Shown here piece after piece: positions 32,660 to 44,234 of a DNA stretch of 64,000 nt. Origin of the DNA: Candidatus Bathyarchaeota archaeon. Its GTDB lineage: Archaea; Thermoproteota; Bathyarchaeia; Bathyarchaeales; Bathycorpusculaceae. Both the position numbers and the translations under genes were made by a program. How positions within the stretch are numbered: the stretch's first letter is position 1; every line of letters starts with the position of its first letter. The stretch lies in assembly GCA_963768425.1 (NCBI GenBank), contig CAVYHV010000028.1, positions 1-64,000 of the forward strand, given 5' to 3'. The notes beneath the pieces are model-generated. The model searched no databases and had not been told where the DNA came from. It saw only the letters and a list, made by a program, of their open reading frames with translations.

Positions 32660-34024
32660 ATGGCTAAGCTGTTTGGGAGTTCAGGTGTAAGGGGTTTGAC
32701 AAACGTTGATTTAACCCCCCAGTTAGCTTGCAAAGTGGGCTTGGCAGTTGCCACCTACTGTAAAGCCAAAAAAGTAGTTGTTGCCTGCGATACGCGCGTT
32801 TCAGGGGACATGTTGCGGGACGCATTGGTTTCGGGTTTGCTTTCAAGCGGTACGGACGTATATTTAGCAGGGATTGTTCCTACGCCCGCCTTAGCCTACG
32901 CTACTCTCGCGCTGGGGGCGGACGCGGGATTCATGTTAACGGCTTCACACAATCCGCCTCAGTACAACGGAATAAAAGTGTTCAGAACCGACAGCTTATC
33001 GTACACTGACATTGACCAAGACGCCGTGGAGAAAAACGTGGCTGCCGGGTCCTATGCATTGGCTGATTGGCGCAGATTGGGCAAAAACATTCCAGTTAAC
33101 GCAAGCCAAATCTACCTTGATATGGCGTTGAAAGCTGTTTGCCTCAAACGGAGATGGCGAGTCATCGTTGACCCGGGATGCGGCGCGACCTTCAACGTTG
33201 CCCCAACGCTGCTCAAAACCTTAGGCTGCAAAGTCACAGCCATTAACGCTCAACCCGATGGGCATTTCCCAGCCAGAAAATCCGAGCCCACAGCAGAATC
33301 ACTCAAAGATTTAGCGAGCATCGTCAAGGCACTTGGCGCAGACGTCGGAGTTGCTTTCGACGGCGACGGTGACCGAGTAGCTTTCGTAAATGAGAAGGGC
33401 GCCTTTGTGGATTTCGATCGTTCCCTTGCCGCCTACTCCGCTTACACTCTCAAAGAGGCGGGAGGCGGAACAGTGGTGACCAACGTTGAGGCATCAATGT
33501 GTGTCGAAACGATGGCACAGGCAAATGGTGGAAAAGTCATCCGCACTAAAGTTGGAGACATCTATGTCTCCGAAGCAATCAAACAGTCCGGTGCAATTTT
33601 CGGCGGCGAACCCTGCGGCGCATGGGTCCATCCCAAATTCCATTTTTGCCCTGATGGACCGCTTTCAGCAGCTCTCATGCTCTCTGCTTTGGAAAATCGA
33701 GACGAAACACTGAGCCAATTTATTGCTTCTGTGCCTGAGTACATAACCCGGAGAGAGAACTTTGCAGTGAAGAATGCCCAAAAATACAAGGCGATAGCAA
33801 AACTGGAGTTAGCCCTGAAAAACGCGTTTCCAAACTTCATCGATTTCTCGACAGTTGACGGAGTCCGTTTGGCACTCAAGGAAGGGTGGCTCCTGGTTCG
33901 GGCTTCTGGAACGGAGCCTCTTATCCGTTTGACCGTTGAAGGGAAATCTGTAACCGTGGCAAACGATATAACTCAAAAGGCTACTGCATTAATACTTAAG
34001 CAAGTTGAGGCTGAAGTGACATGA
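32660..34024 (+). CDS. glmM: phosphoglucosamine mutase
   Basis: TASHNP, DGDGDR, RASGTEP motifs; next to glmU. Confidence 0.92.
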   Translation: MAKLFGSSGVRGLTNVDLTPQLACKVGLAVATYCKAKKVVVACDTRVSGDMLRDALVSGLLSSGTDVYLAGIVPTPALAYATLALGADAGFMLTASHNPPQYNGIKVFRTDSLSYTDIDQDAVEKNVAAGSYALADWRRLGKNIPVNASQIYLDMALKAVCLKRRWRVIVDPGCGATFNVAPTLLKTLGCKVTAINAQPDGHFPARKSEPTAESLKDLASIVKALGADVGVAFDGDGDRVAFVNEKGAFVDFDRSLAAYSAYTLKEAGGGTVVTNVEASMCVETMAQANGGKVIRTKVGDIYVSEAIKQSGAIFGGEPCGAWVHPKFHFCPDGPLSAALMLSALENRDETLSQFIASVPEYITRRENFAVKNAQKYKAIAKLELALKNAFPNFIDFSTVDGVRLALKEGWLLVRASGTEPLIRLTVEGKSVTVANDITQKATALILKQVEAEVT

Positions 34025-35322
34025 AAGCTGTATTGTTAGCGGCTGGCGAAGGCGTAAGGCTCCAACCCATAACCGCAACGCGCCCCAAACACCTCATCAA
34101 GGTAGGCGGCAAACCTATCCTGCAGTTCTGCTTGGAAGCGGTAAAGAATGCAGGAATAAGCGAGGCAATTGTCATTACGCATTACATGGGAGACGCTATC
34201 CGAGATTACTTTGGAGATGGCGAAAAACTCGGTTTAAACATAAGCTACTTGGAACAAAAAGAGATTTTAGGCACGGGAAACGCAGCCGCCATGGCTGAGC
34301 CCTATGTAGAAGGGAATTTTGTTCTCGTTTACGGGGACCTTCTTTTCGGAGCAGATGCGGTGAAAAACACGCTTAAAGTGTTTGAGCATGGCAAAACCGC
34401 TGCGGTCGTAGGAGTCGTCCCAGTTGACAACCCGGAGAGCTACGGAATAATCGAGTTGGATCAGAAGAAAAGGGTTAAACGTATAGTTGAGAAGCCTGCT
34501 GCCGCAAAGGCTCCTTCGAATCTTGCTAACGCAGGCGTCTACGTTTTTACTAATGAAGTTTTTGACAAGATACGCCAAACCAAGGCTTCCGCGCGGGGTG
34601 AATGGGAACTTACTGACGCTGTAACGCTTCTTGCAGGCGAAGGCGGAATCGTTCTTGCTGCTGAACTTTCAAAAGATGACTGGTTCGATGTAGGTAGACC
34701 GTGGGATTTGCTCGACGCTAACAACTGGGCGCTCAAACGCATGGACAACAAAGTCTTAGGCACAATTGAGCAGGGAGCCCACCTTATCGGCCAAGTAGCG
34801 GTTGCTGAGTCAGCCCGCATCCGATCAGGCGCCTACATTGAAGGTCCATGCTTTATAGATGAAGAATGCGATATCGGACCGAACTGCTATATTCGCCCTG
34901 GAACAAGCCTCGGCAGAAAAGTCCGCGTCGGAAACGCATGCGAAATCAAAAACTGCATCATCATGGCCAACACACACATCGGGCATCTCTCGTACATTGG
35001 CGACAGTATTTTGGGCGAACACTGCAACTTGGGCGCGGGCACCGTAACAGCTAATTACCGCCTTGACGCAGGCTCAATAAAAATGATGGTCAAAGACAAA
35101 GTTGTAAACACTGGCAGGAGAAAACTCGGAGCAGTCTTCGGCGACAACGTTAAAACGGGGATTAAATCCCTTTTCATGCCGGGCGTAAAAGTCGGCGCGA
35201 ATAGTTGGGTTGGACCTGGTTTCATGGTTGAACGTGACTTGCCGGCCAACACTATGGCAATTTACAAGCAGAATTGCGACATACAAGAAATGAAAACACG
35301 TGTCGTGCCAAAACCTAATTGA
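34021..35322 (+). CDS. glmU: bifunctional sugar-1-phosphate nucleotidyltransferase/acetyltransferase
   Basis: LAAGEGVRL, RPK, HLSYIGDS motifs; hexapeptide repeats. Confidence 0.92.
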   Translation: MKAVLLAAGEGVRLQPITATRPKHLIKVGGKPILQFCLEAVKNAGISEAIVITHYMGDAIRDYFGDGEKLGLNISYLEQKEILGTGNAAAMAEPYVEGNFVLVYGDLLFGADAVKNTLKVFEHGKTAAVVGVVPVDNPESYGIIELDQKKRVKRIVEKPAAAKAPSNLANAGVYVFTNEVFDKIRQTKASARGEWELTDAVTLLAGEGGIVLAAELSKDDWFDVGRPWDLLDANNWALKRMDNKVLGTIEQGAHLIGQVAVAESARIRSGAYIEGPCFIDEECDIGPNCYIRPGTSLGRKVRVGNACEIKNCIIMANTHIGHLSYIGDSILGEHCNLGAGTVTANYRLDAGSIKMMVKDKVVNTGRRKLGAVFGDNVKTGIKSLFMPGVKVGANSWVGPGFMVERDLPANTMAIYKQNCDIQEMKTRVVPKPN

Positions 35323-35446
35323 TTACGTTCGGGCAATTGGCGGTCGGTTATTTTTGCGCTACCGAATCATCCGCCGGTGGTTAAGGAATTTTGTTCCATG
35401 CTTTGCTGTCTCCCAGATCTATTGACCTTTGATTCTTCAGGGTAAA

Positions 35447-37240
35447 TCAGAGATATGCATCCGTCGCGTACCTTCGCATCATCCTATGAGTATTGAAGTA
35501 ATATGCGACTTTTCCTATTGAATTCTTCATCAAATCTATCCATGTGTCCCGCTGCTGGTAAAATTTTGGGATAATGAGATATTCGAGTTTGTTGTAGAGA
35601 TCAGCTGTTTCTCTTTTTCTTGTTTCTTGTTCACTTAGCAATTGATTAGGAGATGGACCTATAGCCCAACCTGTGAGCCCTTCTACACAGCCCTCAATCC
35701 ACCATCCGTCTAAGACGCTAAAGTTAATGACACCATTATGCGCTGCTTTCATGCCGCTTGTTCCAGATGCCTCATAAGGTGGCAATGGTGTGTTTAGCCA
35801 AACGTCAACTCCAGACGTCAATTTTGCTGCTATTTCCATGTTGTAGTTTTCAAGGTAAACGATGTTCAATTCGCCCTTTAAACGGTCTATATATTGGTAG
35901 ATTTCTTTGATGAGGCTTTTTCCAACTTCATCTTTTGGATGCGCTTTTCCCGCAAAAATTAACTGTATCCTGCCTTGGCTCTTGACTTCCTTAAGCTTCT
36001 CGATGTCGGAAAAAATCATCGTTGCTCGTTTGTAAGCTGTAGCTCTCCTAGCAAAACCAATAGTCAAAACGTCCTCATCCATTTGCAGGCCCGAACTGTC
36101 ATGAACAAGGCCGAGTAAATCTCTTTTTGCATTCATATGAGCTTCCCACAACTCCTCGTCAGGTATAGCGTCAACTCTCACAAGAAGTTCAGGCTCGTTA
36201 GCCCACCGAGGAATGTGTTTGTCAAATAGCCTTCTAAAGTAGAAGCATGTCCACGTGTAAGAGTGAACACCATTAGTAATTTCTTGAATATGATATCCTG
36301 GAAAAAGCTTCCGTGAATATTCCATATGAGCCTCTGTTACGCCGTTGGTGTACTTACTCAGATTAAGGGCCAAAAGGGTCATATTCAATTCGTCTTCCCC
36401 ACCATACTTTTTGAGGGTTTCTAAAGATACCTCGGGCTCAAGTAATTGGGAAAGAAGGTCATAGGAGAACTTGTCGAATGCTGCTGCAACAGGTGTATGA
36501 GTTGTGAAAACGCATAAATTCCTGACTTTATCGGCATCCAATTGGTTGTTTTTCAGAAGTTCAAGAGTTAAAAGGCTAGAGTGCCCTTCGTTCATATGAT
36601 ATTTTTTGACATTGATCTGTAATGCATCAAGGAATCGAACTCCCGCTATTCCCAATACAATTTCTTGCTTAAGCCGATATAAGTCGTCTCCGCCATAAAG
36701 AAAATCAGTGATTTGCCTATCTTCTTGGCTGTTACCATCAACATCAGTCGTCAAGAAAAGCACTGGAATTGTGCCGCCGGTTAAACTCTCCTGTTCATAC
36801 ACCCACGCACCTACGTGTACCTCCCTTCCCGAAATCTTAACGGAGACTGTTTGGGGTAACAGTTTCATGAATTTGGAAGGGTTCCAGTCCTCTGGGTACT
36901 CAATTTGCTGTCCATCAAGCGTAATTTTCTGCCTCAAGTATCCTTTTTCGCAGAGTAACGTTATCCCAACTAACGGTATTCTCAAGTCCGCGCTTGATCT
37001 TATAACGTCTCCCGCAAGGATACCGAGTCCTCCGCTGTAGGTGGGCATATCTTTGTTTGCGCCGATTTCCAAAGAGAAGTAAGCGACTTTGGCTCCCTCA
37101 ACAAAGCTGCTGAGGCAGTATTCACTGTCAAAATAGTATTGATTGCCAAGAAACACTGTTTTAAACGGCGTTTTTTCAGGGTCTAAACGCATTCCACAAA
37201 CCGGGTCTTTCACAGACAAGAAAATCCAAGCGTCCTTCAT
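35447..37240 (-). CDS. glgP: alpha-glucan phosphorylase with N-terminal YHS/TRASH domain
   Basis: YSGGLG, HMNEGH, EASGTSGMK motifs; N-terminal DPVCGM..YYF..C. Confidence 0.92.
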   Translation of the reverse strand: MKDAWIFLSVKDPVCGMRLDPEKTPFKTVFLGNQYYFDSEYCLSSFVEGAKVAYFSLEIGANKDMPTYSGGLGILAGDVIRSSADLRIPLVGITLLCEKGYLRQKITLDGQQIEYPEDWNPSKFMKLLPQTVSVKISGREVHVGAWVYEQESLTGGTIPVLFLTTDVDGNSQEDRQITDFLYGGDDLYRLKQEIVLGIAGVRFLDALQINVKKYHMNEGHSSLLTLELLKNNQLDADKVRNLCVFTTHTPVAAAFDKFSYDLLSQLLEPEVSLETLKKYGGEDELNMTLLALNLSKYTNGVTEAHMEYSRKLFPGYHIQEITNGVHSYTWTCFYFRRLFDKHIPRWANEPELLVRVDAIPDEELWEAHMNAKRDLLGLVHDSSGLQMDEDVLTIGFARRATAYKRATMIFSDIEKLKEVKSQGRIQLIFAGKAHPKDEVGKSLIKEIYQYIDRLKGELNIVYLENYNMEIAAKLTSGVDVWLNTPLPPYEASGTSGMKAAHNGVINFSVLDGWWIEGCVEGLTGWAIGPSPNQLLSEQETRKRETADLYNKLEYLIIPKFYQQRDTWIDLMKNSIGKVAYYFNTHRMMRRYATDAYL

Positions 37241-37434
37241 AACAAAAATTGCAGCGGCAAATAATTACTTTCCGTCAAGCCTTTTCAAGAAGACTTTCGC
37301 ATTCGATTTGCCATTGATTCTTTCTCAGTTTGAATCGATGGGTTGACATCGTCTTTCAAACCAGTGCAATGGTGATTGAAGTCAAAATGTTTAAGAATGC
37401 ATTCATTCATTATTTTCTTGGTGGAGGCGAGTTT

Positions 37435-37720
37435 TTGTCAAAAATTAATCCAGGATCAAATTTTAATGAAGACAATGATATTAAAACTGCACGCCCTGGA
37501 GGTTTGCAGGACACTGAAATTATAGAACCTGTAATCGGCGATGATGGCAAACTTCATTGCCCATTGTGCAGTGGAATTTTCAAGTCGAGAGAAGCGTACA
37601 TCAGCCACGCTTTATCCAAGCATCACGCAATGGAGCAAGCTGAAGAGTCAATGGAGAAAGACACAGAGAAGAGGCAGAGAAGGAGCAAATGGAGAAAGGA
37701 ACAGAACCATGGAAATGAGC
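37435..37720 (+). CDS. small C2H2 zinc-finger protein
   Basis: CPLCSGIFKSREAYISHALSKH; boundaries uncertain. Confidence 0.6.
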
Positions 37721-38056
37721 AAAGAGAATATGGAGCAAAACAAAGACGACGCACGCGCCTATTTGGCGCCAGTCCCATACGATCACGGTTTCCACTTCTT
37801 TACTGAGGTAGGTCGATACACGGGAGAAACAGCAATCAGTTTAGCTACATTCGCCAGAGACGTTGAAGTTGCCCCGATTGAGTCAATTAATTTTCATTTC
37901 GCAAGAGCGGACTTTCAAAAGTGGATAGCAGAAACTATTGGAGACGCAGAATTGGCTGCAGCAATCGAAAAGGTTGAAAAAAACCTTGCAGGGGAACCAC
38001 TAAGGCTAAGACTTCTTGAGATCATAAATGCACACGTAAAAGAACTTGAGAGTTAA
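37709..38056 (+). CDS. DUF5752-like protein
   Basis: FHF..GETAISL..SINFH..DFQKWI..GDAELA. Confidence 0.8.
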   Translation: MEMSKENMEQNKDDARAYLAPVPYDHGFHFFTEVGRYTGETAISLATFARDVEVAPIESINFHFARADFQKWIAETIGDAELAAAIEKVEKNLAGEPLRLRLLEIINAHVKELES

Positions 38057-38455
38057 GTATAACCCGAACCAGGTATCGTAAAAATCAAACAAGTAGCTAG
38101 GTTTCTTGATAAATCGGTTTGTTACGTTCCTCAACTTTTTCTTTGCTATCTCAACCAACTGCGATCAAACCGTGATTCGGAGATTCTATAGAGTTCTCTC
38201 CCCCTGAATTTTTGCAGGTCTTGAATCATTTTGAAAAATACCTTAGGTTCAAACGCTTATTAGTCCCTTAGTTAAAATTTATTGATTAATGCTTTTTTGC
38301 AAATTTTGCCAAGGTTTACCACAGCCCGTTCCCATACCTAAAATGGGATTGAGTCTTTTTGCTTACTCGAAGATTAACGCCATTTTCCTAAACCTTAACA
38401 TGGTTTGAAGTCGTTGGGCAATAAACCCCACTATGTTCAGAAGCTTTTTGGGCGC

Positions 38456-38938
38456 TCATTCAGGCAAGAAGAGCATAGGTTCCTTTGTTAAATCTAGCAG
38501 ACAGGCTTGAGCGTGTCCTTCTGGTTTTACTTTTGTGTATATTTTTCTTATGATTCCTTTTTCATCGATTAGAAACGTTGTTCGTTCGGTTCCCATATAT
38601 TTTCTTCCGTAAAGAACCTTCTCTTTCCAAACTCCATATTCGTTTGACACTTTAGCTTCAGGATCACTGAGCAATGTGAACGGCAGTTGATACTTTTCTT
38701 TGAATTTCTGATGAGACGCAACACTATCTTTGCTGATACCCAATATCACGGCACCTTCTTGGGCAAACTGGTCAGCTGCATCTTTAAACTCAAGTGCCTC
38801 AGTCGTGCATCCAGATGTCCCATCCTTAGGATAAAAGTAAAGCACAACTTTTTTACCTCTATAATCTTTTAAGGAAACTTGCCTTTCCTCATCTGTCTCC
38901 AGAGTAAAGTCCGGAGCCTCTTCGCCGACAGCAACCAA
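38456..38938 (-). CDS. bcp: peroxiredoxin Bcp
   Basis: YFYPKDGTSGCTTEA and ERTTFLID motifs. Confidence 0.92.
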   Translation of the reverse strand: MVAVGEEAPDFTLETDEERQVSLKDYRGKKVVLYFYPKDGTSGCTTEALEFKDAADQFAQEGAVILGISKDSVASHQKFKEKYQLPFTLLSDPEAKVSNEYGVWKEKVLYGRKYMGTERTTFLIDEKGIIRKIYTKVKPEGHAQACLLDLTKEPMLFLPE

Positions 38939-39299
38939 TCTTCCACCACACTCAATTTCAAATATTAGGCCCGGTTGCTTAATTGATTTTTGCTTGCTGG
39001 CGATCAGGCATGCTGTCCTTGCTGGCAAGGCACCTGACGGAACGGAATTGTGGTGGCCAGCGATATATTGACGGAGATGATTGCTGCCTACACCAAAGCC
39101 ACTCTCGAAAAAAGTTGACGGGGCGTCATTCCGTGAGCGTCGCGCTTTAATTCCCTGTCTTGTTATCGTGTTTATCTAGTTATAAAAGGTGTCACTCATT
39201 TTTCTAGTAAGGCTCGCTTAAATATTTTGAAAAGGTTTCTGGAATCGAATCTAAAGAAAAAAATTGGCTTAATTTTGTCGATCCCTGCGCTTGGCGGGG

Positions 39300-39509
39300 T
39301 TAGGCTTTCACATAATATCGTCCATCATCTGTCTTGGTTATCCCCTTTTTCTTGCCGATACGCGTTGTTATAAGACGCTCTTCCACATCTAACTCTTTAG
39401 CCGTCTTCGCAGTTTCCGGTGAGATAGCTCCAGCCTCTAACATTTTCTTTTTTGCTTGTTCAATTCGTAAGGCCAATGCGGCCAGTAATGTTGACAATTT
39501 TGCTTTCAC
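39300..39509 (-). CDS. small hypothetical protein
   Basis: GAISPETAKT..EL; SD upstream. Confidence 0.6.
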   Translation of the reverse strand: MKAKLSTLLAALALRIEQAKKKMLEAGAISPETAKTAKELDVEERLITTRIGKKKGITKTDDGRYYVKA

Positions 39510-39672
39510 CTCAGTTAATTGTCTCCATATGGACAGTTATCCAGATAAAGTTATTGCAATGTTGCGAAAGGTGCCCATTAGGAGGCGTACTCATTCTGAG
39601 ATGTTTTTGCGCGCGTATAACGAGGAACCATGCAAGACGCGAAAAACTTTAGCCGCCAACTCCGAGTGTCCG

Positions 39673-40205
39673 TCACCATTTTTCTCGGTGAATCATCTCT
39701 TCCAGCGGTTTTCTTTTAGACGCCCTAACGAATTCTTGCACTTTTTTGCTTCTCTCACCAATCGGCGCAGGGTACCCCAGAGGAGTCAAAGCGACAACCC
39801 TAACATTGGTAGGTATCTCCAAAACTTTCTTGACTTTTTCCTCGTCGAATCCGCTTATCCAGCAGGTTCCAAGCCCCAGATCCGTTGCCGCCAAAACAAG
39901 CTGCTGCATCGATATACCTACGTCAACTAAGTAGTAATCCATGTTGTTGTGTGAACCGGAGCCCTTAGGGTCTATGCATGCGGCTAGAGAACGGGTACCT
40001 CGCTTAGCCAACTGGTGAACCCGAGGGCTATCTCGTTAATTGTAGCCTTGTTCTTTATAACAACGTATTTACAGCCCTGCTTGTTCCCCCACGAAGGCGC
40101 CAGCCTTGCAGCCTCCAAGATTTTCATCAACTTTTCTTCCTCAACCTCTTTGCCTAAAAAATCCCGTACGCTTTTTCGTGAAGTTATAACATCCATGAAT
40201 TCCAT
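39673..40205 (-). CDS. nitroreductase, frameshifted
   Basis: RKSVR, APSWGNKQ, GLGTCWI, LGYP motifs. Confidence 0.9.
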
Positions 40206-40464
40206 GTAGTAGCACCCAAATCAATCTGGCAAACGCTTCCTAATATGACTATCCCAAAAGGACCCGCGAGAAAAAAGCGCGCGTGGTTTTTCCTAAATCA
40301 CTTTGCGAAGCATCTGATGCTTTTTGATTTGGCGTTATTATGAGTGTTGACGGCTGCTTCGGCTATGTCTGCTTAGCATACCTCTTCTTAAATTCACGCT
40401 TAAATATTCGAATGCTCCTACCAAACGGTAATCAACATCCGCACAGCAATCTGGTAATGTTAAA

Positions 40465-41379
40465 TTGATCGACACAGAGAACCTGACTAAGAAATTCGGT
40501 AACCTTACAGCCGTTGAAAGCCTTACGCTACATGTTAACGATGGCGAAGTCTTCGGTTTTCTCGGACCCAACGGCGCTGGAAAAACTACAACTGTCAGAA
40601 TGCTCTGTTGCCTTATATCAAAGACCAGCGGCACTGCGAGGATAGGAAATTACGAAATTGGAAACAGATCTGATCAACAAAAGATAAGACGGATGGTTGG
40701 TCTGCTGACTGAAAATGTCGGGCTCTACGAAGAACTGAGCGCCTATGACAATCTGGATTTTTACGGTCGATTCTACAAGCTGGACTTACAGAAAAGGAAA
40801 GAGCAAATAGAGTACCTTCTCAAGATGCTGGGCCTGTGGGAAAAGAGAAACGTAACAGCAGGAACATTTTCCAAGGGTATGAAGCAGAAACTCGCCATAG
40901 CCCGCGCCCTTATCCATGACCCACAAGTCCTGTTCTTGGATGAGCCAACCGCAAGCCTTGATCCGGAAGCCGCTAAGACGGTTAGAGAATTCATCCTCGA
41001 GTTGAAAAAGGAGAAAAGAACAATCTTCCTAAACACGCATCTTCTGGATGAGGCTGAAAAGATCTGTGACCGAGTTGCGATTCTAAACACTCGACTAATC
41101 GCAACAGGTACCCCGCAAGAGCTGAGGCGTTCGATGTCTGGCAGAAAGATAAAAGTTCAACTTCAGCGCGTTGACGACATAATCGTAGAAGCGGTCAAGA
41201 AAATCGGCTTTCAAATATCAGAGGTAACTAACAATAGCCTTCTTATCGATGTCAATGACCCTGAGAAAGAAAATCCAGCAATTTTAAAGGCGATTGAAGC
41301 TGCGGGCGGGCACGTTCAATTCGTAACAGAGGTCGGGTCAACTCTAGAGGATGTATACCTGAAAATAGTGAAGGGATAA
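40465..41379 (+). CDS. ABC-2 transporter ATP-binding protein
   Basis: GPNGAGKTT, FSKGMKQK, LDEPT motifs. Confidence 0.95.
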   Translation: MIDTENLTKKFGNLTAVESLTLHVNDGEVFGFLGPNGAGKTTTVRMLCCLISKTSGTARIGNYEIGNRSDQQKIRRMVGLLTENVGLYEELSAYDNLDFYGRFYKLDLQKRKEQIEYLLKMLGLWEKRNVTAGTFSKGMKQKLAIARALIHDPQVLFLDEPTASLDPEAAKTVREFILELKKEKRTIFLNTHLLDEAEKICDRVAILNTRLIATGTPQELRRSMSGRKIKVQLQRVDDIIVEAVKKIGFQISEVTNNSLLIDVNDPEKENPAILKAIEAAGGHVQFVTEVGSTLEDVYLKIVKG

Positions 41380-41383
41380 AAAA

Positions 41384-42124
41384 ATGGATCTGCAAAGCGC
41401 TTGGGCAGTTGCCGCAAAAGACTTCAAGATCTTCAAAAGGAAGAGTACAGTCATCTATGCATGTATTGCTATTCCTCTTGTAGTCGGAATTGCGTTCCCA
41501 TTGATTGTTCAGTATGCACTGCACATTGGCAGCGGTCATGGAATAACCGCCTTAACTGTTCCCAGGTACATGGACGCGTTCTCGGTATGGTTTCTCATAG
41601 GAGCAGCCATAATTCCCGCCACTATAGCCTCCTACAGTTTAGTAGGAGAGAAGATCCAAAAGAGCTTGGAACCGCTTCTGGCAACGCCAATGACTGACGG
41701 TGAAATCCTGTTGGGCAAAACTATTTCAGGGCTTGTCGTACCTTTAGCGGCGATCTATGCCGGTTCAGTGTTATACATGTTGCTCATGGATTTGGTGACC
41801 CAAAGCAAACTGGGCTATCTTTACTATCCTAACTGGCATATGGGGGCGATTTTGCTTGTGGCGCCATTGATATGTCTTCTCAGCGTTGAACTAAATATCA
41901 TTATCTCATCTAGAATAGACGATGTGCGAACAGCACAACAAATGGGAATGTTGGCCGCATTCCCCTTCATTGGATTATACGTGGCGTCTGAAGTTGGATT
42001 TTTTGCGTTCAGTGACACGAATCTGCTGATTTTGGCAGGTATTATCTTGGTAATAGATATAGTTGTCTTCTTTGTCAGCAGGGTCACATTCCAGAGGGAG
42101 GAAATACTGACAAAATGGAAGTAA
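41384..42124 (+). CDS. ABC-2 transporter permease
   Basis: GEKIQKSLEPLLATP; six TM helices. Confidence 0.92.
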   Translation: MDLQSAWAVAAKDFKIFKRKSTVIYACIAIPLVVGIAFPLIVQYALHIGSGHGITALTVPRYMDAFSVWFLIGAAIIPATIASYSLVGEKIQKSLEPLLATPMTDGEILLGKTISGLVVPLAAIYAGSVLYMLLMDLVTQSKLGYLYYPNWHMGAILLVAPLICLLSVELNIIISSRIDDVRTAQQMGMLAAFPFIGLYVASEVGFFAFSDTNLLILAGIILVIDIVVFFVSRVTFQREEILTKWK

Positions 42125-42180
42125 AGGCTCTTTATCTTTGCCTAGAAGTGAAAAGCACAATTAATGAGAGGTGGTAGTAA

Positions 42181-42432
42181 ATGACAAAAGCCAAGTTTGA
42201 AATAGGTGAGACTGAAAAACATACCATTATTGTTAATGCGAGCGCGCTTCTAAAATACATCAAGATAGAAGTGGATGGCGAAAAAGTCGTTAATGTAGCA
42301 AACTTTCAGCCATTGTCAAAGAAGTTCCAGTTGGACGTGGGGAATTCCGAAAAGCATCATTTGGAAATCAGCGCTGGGCCGTTCTCGCCTATCAAACTAC
42401 TCGTGGACGGAAAAGAAGTTCAAAAAACCTGA
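42181..42432 (+). CDS. small beta-rich hypothetical protein with internal duplication
   Basis: Repeated GxxEKH..VDG units. Confidence 0.75.
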   Translation: MTKAKFEIGETEKHTIIVNASALLKYIKIEVDGEKVVNVANFQPLSKKFQLDVGNSEKHHLEISAGPFSPIKLLVDGKEVQKT

Positions 42433-42522
42433 AAGTGCATTGCTATCGCAAAAGGTTGAAATTTAGCAACTAACCCTAAAAGTATTAACGTCGTATAACC
42501 TGAGTCATACAGACGAAAAGTT

Positions 42523-43300
42523 TCATCTTTTATTATCTGCACGTCGTCTTCCAAAATACCATTTCAATGGTGCTACGATAGCAATGACAACAATAGTTGC
42601 AACAACGACAATAAGAATATGGGTATCTGTAATCATTTTGTCACCTGCCAACAGCAACAAACATGTCTTTTAAGCCTTATGGAAAAAGGGAAATGCAGAA
42701 ATAAAATTAATGTAAAATTCAGAAGATATTATTTGTCTTATCCAACTTTGACTTCGCTAAATGAAGTGATAACTCATCTAAATGCTACAGGACCGGATAG
42801 CAATACTGCGCCGAAACTTGGCAGGGGAGCTCTAGCTCCAGGCATCGATAATCTTTTGGGGATTGAGTTTTAATAATTTTTGCCACATCAGTCATTCTAA
42901 ATCTTCATACCATTTCGAGAGTTCATCAGCAGTTTTTTTGGAAAACCCAGCATCAGTTACTAATTGCTTAAAACCAGGTTCTGTTTTTTCGAGCTGATGT
43001 TTCGGCGTATTCTTTTTGCCTGAAGAATTGCTAACACCAATGCGTTTGTTTTTCATGTAGATTTCTTCTCTGTAGTTGTGTTCTACAAGAATTCAATATA
43101 TCTTTTTGAGACATATTTCCTTCGTTTTCAATGTGTGCAAACCGCCAGTTAAACCCTCGCACATAATCCAAGCATATCAAAATACACTCAGGAACCTTTC
43201 TTGTCGAACGCAAAAACAAATTGATACATAACACGTTGTTGAGGAACGCGATAATTCAAAGGTAAATGTTGCCCATTAGAAACTGTACAACAAATCCACA
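42523..43300 (-). pseudogene. degraded gene for a secreted, TM-anchored protein
   Basis: C-terminal TM plus RRR remnant near 42520-42620; many stops. Confidence 0.3.
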
Positions 43301-43551
43301 AAAAACGCTGAAAACGCCACTGCAATCCTACTATCGAATCAACCTTCGTGCAAATTCAAACATTATACCAGCGATCACGACAATGTGGCTTATGCTTTCG
43401 CGACCGATGTAAGGGGCCAATTTGGTCGTTAATAAATTGGCAGAGCAAATGTATGTGTGACGTTGCAGTAACAAATGTTTAAACATCAGCGTTTTACTAT
43501 TAACTCAGTATTTTTCTACATTGAATAGTTTTTGAAGGACTTGTTTAATTA

Positions 43552-43947
43552 ATGGCTGAGAATAAGCGTAGCATATTGATCATTGATGACAACCCTTCTA
43601 TTCTGAGAACCATGACTCTAGTCTTGCATAGAGAAGGTTACGATGTTTATTCTGCGCGAACGGGCAAAGAAGCTTCGGAAAAACTGTCGACCAAAACGTT
43701 TGATGTATCCTTGATTGACGTTGGTTTAGGTGAAACGCTAGGTACAGACCTGTTGCCTCTGATGAACAAAGTAGCCCCCAGCATGTTGAAGATTATATTC
43801 ACGGGTACACCCATGTCGGAGGCTACGCGCAACGAGGCGATGAGAGAGGCAGACGTTTTTCTGCTTAAGCCTGTCAAACCAGAAACCCTGATAGGAATCC
43901 TCGAAGAAAAACTCAAAGGGAAAACAAGCAAAATTTCAACGCACTGA
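43552..43947 (+). CDS. single-domain response regulator receiver
   Basis: ILIIDD, LID, FTG, KP motifs. Confidence 0.92.
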   Translation: MAENKRSILIIDDNPSILRTMTLVLHREGYDVYSARTGKEASEKLSTKTFDVSLIDVGLGETLGTDLLPLMNKVAPSMLKIIFTGTPMSEATRNEAMREADVFLLKPVKPETLIGILEEKLKGKTSKISTH

Positions 43948-44234
43948 GATTGCGCTCCACACACATTAGATAGCATGCGCTCATGTGCTTCTGTTAAGTT
44001 CTTAGGGCGATAAATGGTTACGAAGTTAAACGTTTCTTTCATCGCTAATTTATATCTCTCAATAACAGCACCAAAGCAATTTCGTGAATAGTCGTCAAGT
44101 TTGCAGTTTATTTTCAATTCAAAAGAAGAACCCTTTGTCTTGAGTTTGCGATTGAAAATATTATGATCAAGATTATGGAGATAAAGTAGAGTAGCCCAAA
44201 GACGGTTATTGGAATGCGATTAACAGCCTTTCCT

